Shown piece by piece: positions 1 through 7,687 of a stretch of DNA of 34,294 bases (position 1 is the stretch's first letter; every line of letters starts with the position of its first letter). The notes under the pieces were generated by a model. The model searched no databases, was not told where the DNA came from, and saw only the letters and a program-made list of their open reading frames with translations. The translations under genes were made by a program, and so were the position numbers. Source of the stretch: a virus (taxonomy: Duplodnaviria > Caudoviricetes); the IMG/VR virus record IMGVR_UViG_3300032283_000312, positions 1 to 34,294 of that record; one strand, given 5' to 3'.

Positions 1-416
1 CTTATAACTCACCTGAAGCCGTATACCCTAAGTTCAATGACCTAATGGAAATAACACAACTCACAGATGTCGCTACAGATATGTATGGAGCAGAAGTATT
101 GGTCACCTGTGCCTATTGGCGCAAGGCTAATCAGATACACAACTGGTTCGTCACAAATATTCAAGGCGGTAATGATAATTGCGGCGATTACTATGTTTCA
201 CAAGATAAACTAACAGAACTAAAAGTTATCTGCGAACACGCACTAGAAACTAAGGACCCAAGCCTACTACCACCTCAAGCAGGATTTTTCTTTGGGAGCA
301 CAGATATTGATGAGTGGTATTGGAAAGACCTTACTAATACTATTAGTCAGTTAGAGCGAATCTTTGCTTTACCTGAAATTGATAAGTTATCATTCTATTA
401 CTCATCATCTTGGTAA
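1..416 (+). CDS. Hypothetical phage protein (YWRKANQIH motif), probably 5'-partial
   Basis: Frame is open from the window start through the listed ATG at 45; YWRKANQIHNWF and GFFFGS motifs recur in phage hypothetical proteins. Confidence 0.75.
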   Translation, partial: YNSPEAVYPKFNDLMEITQLTDVATDMYGAEVLVTCAYWRKANQIHNWFVTNIQGGNDNCGDYYVSQDKLTELKVICEHALETKDPSLLPPQAGFFFGSTDIDEWYWKDLTNTISQLERIFALPEIDKLSFYYSSSW

Positions 417-445
417 TTGACAATGTCAGTGCCCTGCGATACAAT
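417..445 (+). promoter_or_regulatory. Sigma70/SigA-type promoter with TGTCAGTG box
   Basis: TTGACA(417)-17 nt-TACAAT(440); TGTCAGTG at 424-431. Confidence 0.8.
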
Positions 446-477
446 TAAACTAACCAACTAACAGAAAGAGGCCCCTT

Positions 478-909
478 ATGGACCAGCAAGATATATCAAC
501 ACTAGCAAGCACAGTCAATGCAACAGAAGAGTTTCTTCGTGATTCACTGGCCAAGGCAACATTGCGTGTAACTCAATTAGAGGAGCACATTCAAAAAGTA
601 ACTCAGCGCTCATATGCAGATTCTGCAGATAAGAATCGTATGGTTGAAGCAATGCAAGAGTGGACCCTTAGCGAATTATCAGATGAAAGCATAACAGAAG
701 AGCAAGCGGAAGCAATTGCTGAAATTATGGGCTTTGAATTAACAAAAGAATTCGAAGTTGAAGTTACAGTTATGTATTCTGTTACTGTTAATGCTCGCAC
801 TGAAGAGGATGCACAGAATGCAATTCACGATATTGATTTTGATACCGTTCAATATGATTCAGACAATATTTCTTGGCTATCATCTTCAATTGATAGAATA
901 GATATTTAG
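478..909 (+). CDS. Hypothetical acidic protein
   Basis: 143 aa ORF, AGAGG SD, upstream promoter. Confidence 0.8.
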   Translation: MDQQDISTLASTVNATEEFLRDSLAKATLRVTQLEEHIQKVTQRSYADSADKNRMVEAMQEWTLSELSDESITEEQAEAIAEIMGFELTKEFEVEVTVMYSVTVNARTEEDAQNAIHDIDFDTVQYDSDNISWLSSSIDRIDI

Positions 910-959
910 TAGGGGGCTACTAATAAACCTGAGCAAGTTTTAAAACTGCTCTCTTTTTT
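906..959 (+). terminator. Hairpin + pseudoknot copy 1 + U-tract
   Basis: TTAGTAG/CTACTAA hairpin 906-923; AAAC-CT-GAGCA-A-GTTT-TAAAAC-TGCTC at 925-951; followed by TCTTTTTT. Confidence 0.6.
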
Positions 960-980
960 ATAAAATTTTGCACGTGGGGT

Positions 981-1000
981 TTATCCACAGGTTATCCACA
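981..1000 (+). promoter_or_regulatory. Two tandem perfect DnaA boxes
   Basis: TTATCCACA at 981-989 and 992-1000. Confidence 0.65.
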
Positions 1001-1072
1001 TGGCGAAGATCACATTGTGAATTACGACACAGTTACGAAATGCCCCATTTATCCCCTGATTGCTTATCCGAT

Positions 1073-1102
1073 TTGACTTTTGTCAGTGGGTGGGTGTATG
1101 AT
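1073..1102 (+). promoter_or_regulatory. Promoter with TGTCAGTG box
   Basis: TTGACT(1073)-18 nt-TATGAT(1097); TGTCAGTG at 1081-1088. Confidence 0.75.
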
Positions 1103-1132
1103 TAGATTATCAACAACAGAAAGAAGGAAATC

Positions 1133-2155
1133 GTGGCTCACGACTTAGAAACGCAAAACGGCAAAACCTCATTCGCCTCATTCAGAGAACCTGCTTGGCA
1201 CGGATTGGGAACAGTCTTTACAGAAGAAAAAACAACGGCAGAAATGCTACAAGCAGCAAATCTAAATGGGTGGAATGTTCGCCTAGAAGATTTGGAAACC
1301 CCTACACATCTCACAAGCGATAAGGCATATCAGTATGTCCTACGCACTAACCCAACAGATAACTCTCAGACAGATGTTCTTGGAATTGTTGGTGAGCGTT
1401 ATCACCCACTACAAAATGAAGATTTATTTTCATTCGGTGATAATATCCTAGACGGCGGTGGTCGTTGGGAAACCGCTGGTTCAATCAAGGGTGGTCGTGT
1501 CGTGTTCGGTGCTTTAGCACTAGAGCGTGAAACAATTCTTGACCCTAATGGTGTAAGCGATAAGGTAAAAACTTATTTGCTCATCAACACATCTCACGAT
1601 GGTTCTATCGCCATTCAAGCAAGCATAACACCCGTTCGTGTTGTGTGCGCTAACACTCTCAACCTTGCTCTTGGTGGCGTAGGTCGTAAGAAGAATAAGG
1701 GAATCAAGCAATCTTTCAAGATTCGCCACACACAGACCGCTAACGGCAAGGTTCAGATTGCTCGTGAAACTCTTGGTCTTGCTAATGCTTATATGGACGA
1801 ATTCGATAAAATGGCTAAGGCTATGATTGAGAAGGAAGTTTCTGCTAAGCAATTCAACGACATCATTCTTGCTGCTTATCCTAAGCCAGAAAAAGACGCT
1901 AAGGGTTCAAGCAAGAAGTGGGAAAATAAAGTTGATGTCATCAACGATATTTACACTGGTGAATTCAATGGTATGATTGCTGGTAATGCGTGGGGTGCGT
2001 TCAATGCGCTAACCGAACGCCTTGACTGGTATCGTTCTGCTCGTGGTGGTTCTAACGAATCCATTCTCGCAAGCGCAAGTGGTTTTGACCCTGCTATCAA
2101 CGCAGAAAAAAATCGTTTGCTAAAAGTAGTTCAGAATGTTATGTCTTTAGCATAA
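1133..2155 (+). CDS. DUF932 family phage/plasmid-like protein (TIGR03299-like)
   Basis: PAWHGLG, ETAGSIKGG, NTSHDGS, TPVRVVCANTL, IRHT and AWGAFNALTE motifs; GTG start with AAGGA SD. Confidence 0.9.
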   Translation: MAHDLETQNGKTSFASFREPAWHGLGTVFTEEKTTAEMLQAANLNGWNVRLEDLETPTHLTSDKAYQYVLRTNPTDNSQTDVLGIVGERYHPLQNEDLFSFGDNILDGGGRWETAGSIKGGRVVFGALALERETILDPNGVSDKVKTYLLINTSHDGSIAIQASITPVRVVCANTLNLALGGVGRKKNKGIKQSFKIRHTQTANGKVQIARETLGLANAYMDEFDKMAKAMIEKEVSAKQFNDIILAAYPKPEKDAKGSSKKWENKVDVINDIYTGEFNGMIAGNAWGAFNALTERLDWYRSARGGSNESILASASGFDPAINAEKNRLLKVVQNVMSLA

Positions 2156-2162
2156 CAAAAAA

Positions 2163-2190
2163 ATATCCTGAGCAAGATATAAAACTGCTC
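2163..2190 (+). other. H-type pseudoknot motif copy 2, directly before tRNA-Asp
   Basis: ATATC-CT-GAGCA-A-GATAT-AAAAC-TGCTC, then GCTT, then the tRNA. Confidence 0.7.
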
Positions 2191-2194
2191 GCTT

Positions 2195-2268
2195 GGTTCC
2201 ATAGATCAATTGGTTAGATCGCTACCCTGTCACGGTAGAGGCTACGGGTTCAAGTCCCGTTGGAATCG
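2195..2268 (+). tRNA. tRNA-Asp(GTC)
   Basis: Acceptor GGTTCCA/TGGAATC, anticodon arm CTACC-CTGTCAC-GGTAG, T-loop TTCAAGT; no encoded CCA. Confidence 0.95.
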
Positions 2269-2447
2269 CAATAAATAAATATGCAACGCAATGCATAAAA
2301 ACGCCACGTGCAAACTAGTACAAATTGGACATAAAAATGTCAAATAAAATAAACTTTACGATCATCAAACCTTTTCCCCAAAATGTCAAACCAAAAAATC
2401 TTTACGATAGAGTTGACATTTCCCCTAGATTATGCGATAATTAATAT

Positions 2448-2666
2448 ATGACCAAACAAGTGGCAATATATGAAATGAACTACTCCTGCTCTCCTGGTGG
2501 CGTTGACTGCTGGGAAGCAACTATTCAAGGTTATGGGGAGAGCACTACCGCCTCTGACTTTAAGACTGCTGGAGAGGCCCTTAATTGGGTGCTTGACAGA
2601 TACCCTGACGAAATGCTAGAATTAGTAGTAACCTCACTCCCCGCCTACGAAAAGGAATATGTATGA
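2448..2666 (+). CDS. Hypothetical protein
   Basis: 72 aa; TTGACA upstream and GATAAT-N6-ATG leaderless geometry. Confidence 0.7.
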   Translation: MTKQVAIYEMNYSCSPGGVDCWEATIQGYGESTTASDFKTAGEALNWVLDRYPDEMLELVVTSLPAYEKEYV

Positions 2667-2899
2667 CCCTAGAAACAATGGAAGACCCAACAATGTATGC
2701 AGATTACTATTCTTGTGATCTTGCTATCTCTATTACAAATATCAAGGCTAAGAATAGACACCACGCAGAAGCCGTTATGCAAACCTTCATAGATGAGATT
2801 GCCAAGATAATGACTGATGAACTTAGTTGGGATGACGCTCAATGGGATGTAGAAGAAAATGTATTCCTACCTGAACTTGGTGAGTGGCATACAAAGTGA
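2663..2899 (+). CDS. Hypothetical protein
   Basis: 78 aa, ATGA overlap, AAGGA SD. Confidence 0.7.
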   Translation: MTLETMEDPTMYADYYSCDLAISITNIKAKNRHHAEAVMQTFIDEIAKIMTDELSWDDAQWDVEENVFLPELGEWHTK

Positions 2900-3048
2900 A
2901 CACCATTGACGAACTAATCAATGAAATCTATGAAAGCAATTACTCTCACCTAGAGTTTGAGGAAAATATGGGGGGACAGGATTGTGACTGCCATATCCAT
3001 ACTACACTAAACACTATTGCCCACTATGCAGGAATTGAGGTAGGTTAA
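2896..3048 (+). CDS. Small hypothetical protein (50 aa)
   Basis: GTGA overlap with the previous gene and TAATG overlap with the next; below the ORF-track cutoff. Confidence 0.55.
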   Translation: MNTIDELINEIYESNYSHLEFEENMGGQDCDCHIHTTLNTIAHYAGIEVG

Positions 3049-3200
3049 TGCTAGGTTATACTGAAACTGATATTGCAGTAATGACAGATGCTATGGAAGA
3101 TGCTATCAAATCAGGTAGACTCTCTTCTGAGGTAGTAGATGGTTTAGAGAAGGCTCAATCATTCCTTGATGGTTTGTGGGCTGAGGGTTACTTTGACTAA
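3048..3200 (+). CDS. Small hypothetical protein (50 aa)
   Basis: GAGGT SD, TAATG coupling. Confidence 0.6.
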   Translation: MLGYTETDIAVMTDAMEDAIKSGRLSSEVVDGLEKAQSFLDGLWAEGYFD

Positions 3201-3222
3201 TGTCAGTGGCTACCGCTATAAT
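3193..3222 (+). promoter_or_regulatory. Promoter with TGTCAGTG box
   Basis: TTGACT(3193)-18 nt-TATAAT(3217); TGTCAGTG at 3201-3208. Confidence 0.8.
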
Positions 3223-3251
3223 TAATAGATACCCCAAAACAAAGGACCCAA

Positions 3252-3422
3252 ATGAAAATCAAGATATCGAAAGAGCATAAAGAAGAACTGCAAGACCAAG
3301 CAAGCCAAATTGTATACTTTGAAGCCTCTATGTCTGATGAGGATGACGCAGTCAAGGGAACATACCTAAGACTTGTAGAGATTTACAAGGTTGCATTCGA
3401 GGCTGGAGCAAAAAGCAAATGA
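3252..3422 (+). CDS. Small hypothetical protein (56 aa)
   Basis: AAAGGA SD, ATGA overlap with the next gene. Confidence 0.65.
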   Translation: MKIKISKEHKEELQDQASQIVYFEASMSDEDDAVKGTYLRLVEIYKVAFEAGAKSK

Positions 3423-3625
3423 AAGTTAGAATCAGTCTTGAACAAACCATTGATATCGATGACGCTATGTCTAATGATATAGGGTTTGAACTATACGGTC
3501 CACCTGATATGAGCACGGAAGATAAAGTAGATTATCTAATGGCTCGATTTGCTGAGGACATAGATACTATGGTAAAGTATGATGAAGTCTTGGGTAACAT
3601 CTCAGTAGAATACATAGAGGACTAA
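3419..3625 (+). CDS. Hypothetical protein
   Basis: 68 aa, GGAG SD, coupled. Confidence 0.7.
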   Translation: MKVRISLEQTIDIDDAMSNDIGFELYGPPDMSTEDKVDYLMARFAEDIDTMVKYDEVLGNISVEYIED

Positions 3626-3627
3626 CT

Positions 3628-3649
3628 TGTCAGTGGTCTCCGCTATAAT
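3628..3649 (+). promoter_or_regulatory. Promoter with TGTCAGTG box, no consensus -35
   Basis: TGTCAGTG(3628)-N8-TATAAT(3644). Confidence 0.7.
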
Positions 3650-3679
3650 TGAAACATACCCCACAAACAAAGGATACAA

Positions 3680-3865
3680 ATGAAAATAAAATCTCGTGAG
3701 ATTACATACCGAATAATTGTTGAGCAGATCTTTTTTGAGGACGACACAGAGTTGGTTGTAAGAACTGGCTGGCCTGAAGGACAAGAGCACGACATTGACC
3801 TAGAGTTTGACTGGGTTATGGGCAACCCTGACTGGGTAGATGAGTATAAGCATAATGTGGAGTAA
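3680..3865 (+). CDS. Hypothetical protein
   Basis: 61 aa; leader ACCCC...ACAAAGGA resembles the leader of the 3252 gene. Confidence 0.7.
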   Translation: MKIKSREITYRIIVEQIFFEDDTELVVRTGWPEGQEHDIDLEFDWVMGNPDWVDEYKHNVE

Positions 3866-4085
3866 ATATACATTTGTTTGTGACCCTGATGAGTGTGACG
3901 CTCTTCTTGAGTTTACCGCCAGGGATGAGTATGGATTCCCTAATGGATCTGTAGAGATGACCTGCCCATGTGGTAGGAAGATGGCTTATATTAGTTATGA
4001 TGACGCTTGGGGACCTATCTTCCCTGTGACCAACATCACACCCCGTGAAGTTGTAAAAATCAACTCAAACCCGTATACTTTATAG
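3855..4085 (+). CDS. Hypothetical Zn-ribbon-like protein
   Basis: CDPDEC...CPCG; start placed at MWSKY. Confidence 0.65.
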   Translation: MWSKYTFVCDPDECDALLEFTARDEYGFPNGSVEMTCPCGRKMAYISYDDAWGPIFPVTNITPREVVKINSNPYTL

Positions 4086-4086
4086 T

Positions 4087-4293
4087 ATGGACCTAAACAC
4101 ATTCAAAGAATATATACGCCTGCACGAGATTAGTCTCCTACAGGACGCTGAGAAACTACAAAACCTCATGGACACATTTGAGGGTGACTATGATACAGAT
4201 GAGTATCGTGACCTAGAGATTGAGGACATGCATAATACAGGTGAACTTATTGCTACCCGCCATTTCTTGTCAGTGCTAGAGGGTAGAATATAA
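4087..4293 (+). CDS. Hypothetical protein
   Basis: 68 aa, TATACT-N7-ATG. Confidence 0.7.
   Translation: MDLNTFKEYIRLHEISLLQDAEKLQNLMDTFEGDYDTDEYRDLEIEDMHNTGELIATRHFLSVLEGRI
4268..4289 (+). promoter_or_regulatory. Promoter with TGTCAGTG box inside the upstream CDS
   Basis: TGTCAGTG(4268)-N8-TAGAAT(4284)-N6-ATG(4296). Confidence 0.65.
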
Positions 4294-4295
4294 CT

Positions 4296-4574
4296 ATGAT
4301 GAATACACAACTAGAACCAAGACTACAGAAACTGATTGACTTAGGTGAATCAGGAACAGACATCCTTCACGGAGAACTTAAGAACTTAATGTTGGAGGCA
4401 GAAACCGAATACATTGAGATTGAGAAAGAAGAGCGTGAGGGTGGATACTCTGACGCAATGCTTTCTATGGACAGAACTAGAGCAGAAGGAAGAATGGACG
4501 CTCTTGTAGAAGTCTATGCCCTTACATATCAACTAGCATTTGCTATTAGTGATAGGACAAAGAGTCGTGGATAA
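4296..4574 (+). CDS. Hypothetical protein
   Basis: 92 aa, leaderless geometry. Confidence 0.7.
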   Translation: MMNTQLEPRLQKLIDLGESGTDILHGELKNLMLEAETEYIEIEKEEREGGYSDAMLSMDRTRAEGRMDALVEVYALTYQLAFAISDRTKSRG

Positions 4575-5001
4575 GTTTATTGAATTAAGTTTTGATGAAT
4601 GGTGCGATATCTATAAGCCAATCAAAAACCATATAGACACAGATTCTTCTTTTAATGGAGAGATGTTTGAGACCTATGGCGATGAGGTTGCTTTTGTAAA
4701 GCAACAAGACCCTGCCTACATATGGATGTATGGCGACGGCGACGACGGTGGTTCTTATATCTGGAATGGTTGGCACTTTGTCAATCGAATAGGATACTTT
4801 ATCACTTCGGTGCCCTGCCCTCCTGACACGACCATTCAGGTCTTGGTCAGTCATAACTGGTTCTACTGTGAGAACTGTGGTGCTGAGTTTGAAGACCCTG
4901 ATAATATTATTAGAGATGCCTTTGATGAGGCAGACTTGCAAAAATGCACAGAGTGTGCTACTATTGAAGAAATGACCCTAGTAGGATTGGATAAGAAATG
5001 A
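4567..5001 (+). CDS. Hypothetical protein with C-terminal Zn ribbon
   Basis: FETYG and G(W)HFVNRIGYFIT phage motifs; CENC...CTEC; GTG start inferred. Confidence 0.7.
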   Translation: MDKFIELSFDEWCDIYKPIKNHIDTDSSFNGEMFETYGDEVAFVKQQDPAYIWMYGDGDDGGSYIWNGWHFVNRIGYFITSVPCPPDTTIQVLVSHNWFYCENCGAEFEDPDNIIRDAFDEADLQKCTECATIEEMTLVGLDKK

Positions 5002-5327
5002 TAAATAGTTTTGATAATGTAGTTCTAGCAGGACACATTGGAGTTGATTCAGGACAGATAATGATTGGCGACCCTTGCTATCTAGATGATTGGGAAACCA
5101 ACAAGGGCGAGGAGTGGAATCCCGAAGGCAAAGAAGGTCAATATTCTTACCAAGGCGTATCTGCTACTACAATTAAAGACAACTATGGCTCTATTGGTGG
5201 CGGACTTGCTGTCGCTATGAGCAGTGGTTACGGTGACGGACAATACCCTGTCTATGTTCAGTTAAATGAAGATGGTCGAGTTGTTATGGCAGTAATTGAT
5301 TTCAACGATGTATTGTTAGGAAACTAA
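4998..5327 (+). CDS. DUF4241-like protein
   Basis: GVDSGQ...GDPCY and SGYGDGQYPVY motifs. Confidence 0.6.
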   Translation: MINSFDNVVLAGHIGVDSGQIMIGDPCYLDDWETNKGEEWNPEGKEGQYSYQGVSATTIKDNYGSIGGGLAVAMSSGYGDGQYPVYVQLNEDGRVVMAVIDFNDVLLGN

Positions 5328-5486
5328 ATGAACGAATATACAGTAGAACTCATTCACGAGCCAAGCGGTGCCCATATGAACTTTGTTATGTTTAGTGATT
5401 TAAAAGAAGATGAAGTTCAACTGTCCAAGGAAATTTGGGCAGATATGTCAGTTGTTATTTTAGACTATGTCGAGGGAGAAGAATAA
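5328..5486 (+). CDS. Small hypothetical protein (52 aa)
   Basis: Abuts the previous stop; TAATG overlap with the next gene. Confidence 0.6.
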   Translation: MNEYTVELIHEPSGAHMNFVMFSDLKEDEVQLSKEIWADMSVVILDYVEGEE

Positions 5487-5833
5487 TGGGAGCACGGATC
5501 AACTTTGTATTTCAAGACAGTGAGAAGGGCCCTAGAGTAGTTCTCTACAGCCATTGGGGAGAGACTGAATGGCAGCGGGATCTAGCAATGGCGCTGCAAC
5601 ACGCAAAACCCCGCTGGACAGATTCAGCATATGGGACCCGTATGATCATTAGTTATCTTATGCAGGATAGCATTCTTGATGAGCACGGGTTTGGAATCTA
5701 TGCAATTGACAATGATGGCCTGGACCTAGGTGAGACCACCATCCTAGTCGACTTCACTACCAATACTGTTACTGATAATGTTTCAGTTAACTTTGATAAA
5801 TTTGTGGCTGCTTATAGCCCTGTGCTAGTCTAG
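5486..5833 (+). CDS. Hypothetical protein (LYSHWG motif)
   Basis: MGAR...VVLYSHWG; GGAG SD; start corrected from 5435. Confidence 0.7.
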   Translation: MGARINFVFQDSEKGPRVVLYSHWGETEWQRDLAMALQHAKPRWTDSAYGTRMIISYLMQDSILDEHGFGIYAIDNDGLDLGETTILVDFTTNTVTDNVSVNFDKFVAAYSPVLV

Positions 5834-5858
5834 GTATTGGGTCACCTAGATTAATCGG

Positions 5859-5901
5859 GTGGGAAGGGCAGGCGTGGGGCTTGCTCTTTCCCCCACTTTT
5901 T
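5859..5901 (+). terminator. Rho-independent terminator candidate
   Basis: GTGGG-AAGGGCAGG...CTTGCTCTT-TC-CCCAC followed by TTTTT. Confidence 0.55.
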
Positions 5902-5926
5902 GATACAATGGATACAAGGGAGAACT

Positions 5927-6136
5927 ATGCGTATAAGCAGACGAATTACAGATGAGGAAAAAGTTGCCAATAAACTCGGCAATACTATTTCTGACCTGCG
6001 AGTGGATTTGGAATTAGTCGGGGAATACTTAGCAAAGTCTCAACCCAATGTCGTGTATAATCGTTTACAGGTAATAGCAGAGTCAGCCAAAGAAACTAAG
6101 GAAGGAACTAATTATGCCAACACCAACGGATTTTGA
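5927..6136 (+). CDS. Hypothetical protein
   Basis: GGGAG SD before ATG 5927. Confidence 0.65.
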   Translation: MRISRRITDEEKVANKLGNTISDLRVDLELVGEYLAKSQPNVVYNRLQVIAESAKETKEGTNYANTNGF

Positions 6137-6377
6137 TAGCAGGGCTTTAATTCTTGGACAACTATGGATTAACTTTAAACAAGATGACGAATGGACAGAC
6201 TTCTTTGCTTATAGCGATTTAGGTTTGCCACTTGCGTTTGCGTTTGCTGAAGGACTAATCAATCGCACACCATCACTAGATCAATACATAAATGAAACTT
6301 GGGATTTATTTATTGAAGGTTTGGGAATTGAAGATGAAGGTTTCGCACGACTGGAAGATATCTTCACAGAAGATTAA
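6114..6377 (+). CDS. Hypothetical protein
   Basis: 87 aa, AAGGA SD; followed by a GTGCCC-CGAAA-GGGCAC hairpin. Confidence 0.7.
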   Translation: MPTPTDFDSRALILGQLWINFKQDDEWTDFFAYSDLGLPLAFAFAEGLINRTPSLDQYINETWDLFIEGLGIEDEGFARLEDIFTED

Positions 6378-6438
6378 CTGTGCCCCGAAAGGGCACGTGC
6401 CATATCTTTATCAAATTGTCAAACCCCAAACCTTATAT

Positions 6439-6540
6439 CCAGACATTACGAACCCTCAAAACTTTCCCCCACCAGAACATTACGATCCAAACCTTTATAT
6501 CCCCAAACCAGGACATTACGAACCTTCAAATCTTTCCCCC
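6439..6540 (+). repeat. Three imperfect ~33-36 bp direct repeats (iteron/operator-like)
   Basis: CCAG(r)ACATTACGA...CAAA...TCCCC units start at 6439, 6472 and 6508. Confidence 0.8.
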
Positions 6541-6604
6541 TGCTGAACTTATACCATAGTCTTTAAGGTTTGTCAAACCTTGTATATGGTGTTATAATTA
6601 TTAT

Positions 6605-6829
6605 ATGAGCCCTAAACATCACTTTGCAGAGTATGCCAGAAGAGATCCTAAATCATATAAGGCCTTCTCTGATTCTATGTGGAATGGTTTTGTATCTATT
6701 ACTCATGCTATAGGTTTGTCTCCTTTCTTTTCATTTACCCCCGAATTTTTGCAGGCTGATAAAGTTGAGCAGGCCACAGGCCGCTTTGAGCCAGGCGAAA
6801 TCCCAGGGGATCAAGACCAAACCCTATAA
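6605..6829 (+). CDS. Hypothetical protein
   Basis: 74 aa, TATAAT-N6-ATG. Confidence 0.6.
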   Translation: MSPKHHFAEYARRDPKSYKAFSDSMWNGFVSITHAIGLSPFFSFTPEFLQADKVEQATGRFEPGEIPGDQDQTL

Positions 6830-7128
6830 CAAATAACCCCTATAGAATAACAAACCATTATCTCCTGGTTTCTTTAAATAACATAAAGGTTTGTTAAAAA
6901 AACATTACGATTATCGACAATTTCTCCCTGGTTTTGGGAGATTTTTTATGGGCAAAATCATGCATACAAGGACTTGACAAACCAAGGTTTTGCATGTATA
7001 ATGCCCAAACCTTACAATGAGATATGAGGTTTGACAATATCGGGCATATGTGGTAAGAAGGTTTGAAGGTTTGGGAAAAGCCTCTCTTTAAAAAAAGATT
7101 ACGAACGCCTCTTTAAAAGCGCTCCCTA

Positions 7129-7154
7129 CTCCACTATCCTCCACAACGCTCCAC
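7129..7154 (+). repeat. CTCCAC x3 at exact 10-bp periodicity
   Basis: CTCCAC at 7129, 7139 and 7149. Confidence 0.7.
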
Positions 7155-7243
7155 TTCTAGAATGTCTAAATATATTATCAGTAAGATTAATCTGTGGATA
7201 AACCTGTGGATAACTATATATAAAACCATGATATCATCACCCA

Positions 7244-7342
7244 ATGAACCTATGGATTCTATACATTTACTGGATTTACGCTATGTTAGGTATATCAGCA
7301 GTAGCGGTCATTGCTGCTCTTTACGAAGCATTTAAAAACTAA
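7244..7342 (+). CDS. 32 aa membrane peptide
   Basis: TATCAT-N6-ATG; hydrophobic; stop overlaps the DnaA-box 15-mer. Confidence 0.5.
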   Translation: MNLWILYIYWIYAMLGISAVAVIAALYEAFKN

Positions 7343-7373
7343 CCTGTGGATAACTATCTGATATAATATTTCA

Positions 7374-7517
7374 ATGGATAAATTTGAGTCATCATATTCT
7401 AAGTTTATGACCGAAGAAAAGATCCCAGGATATAAGCAAACTCCTCCTGATTGGTGTGATGATTGTACTGTACAAGACAGTGTTTGTACAATATGTGGCT
7501 GTAGCCATAACTGCTAA
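7374..7517 (+). CDS. 47 aa Cys-rich peptide
   Basis: TATAAT-N6-ATG; CDDC..CTICGCSHNC; stop overlaps the DnaA-box 15-mer. Confidence 0.55.
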   Translation: MDKFESSYSKFMTEEKIPGYKQTPPDWCDDCTVQDSVCTICGCSHNC

Positions 7518-7616
7518 ACCTGTGGATAACTCTAAAAAACCACGGTATATAAACATTACGATACACCAGACACCTCCCCATATGGTGGCTATCTGATATA
7601 CTGAATATAGGACCTT

Positions 7617-7687
7617 TTCGGGTTCCTATAATGGTCGTAGAGCGGTTTCCGAAACCGATAACGAAGGTCCGATTCCTTCACCCGAAG
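7617..7687 (+). tRNA. Atypical tRNA-Arg(CCG) or tRNA-like RNA
   Basis: Acceptor TTCGGGT/ACCCGAA, D-arm CTAT/GTAG, anticodon arm (G)CGGT-TTCCGAA-ACCG(A), T-arm GAAGG-TCCGATT-CCTTC; upstream -10 TATACT at 7597. Confidence 0.65.

Larger units (their letters stand above)
7193..7531 (-). promoter_or_regulatory. Four perfect DnaA boxes, three inside the 15-mer AACCTGTGGATAACT
   Basis: TGTGGATAA at 7193, 7205, 7345 and 7521. Confidence 0.7.

Noticed and set aside
925-951. Pseudoknot motif as a preQ1/SAM-II riboswitch or HDV-like theta ribozyme
   Set aside because: Lies 3' of genes and 5' of tRNAs, is too short for a nested double pseudoknot, and lacks those aptamers' conserved nucleotides.
6439-6540. 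Repeats at ~35-bp period read as a mini CRISPR array
   Set aside because: Units are degenerate along their whole length with no unique spacers, and no cas genes are present.
6292-6546. 84-aa ORF with HYDP/HYEP repeats
   Set aside because: Overlaps the 6114..6377 gene out of frame and merely translates the DNA repeats.
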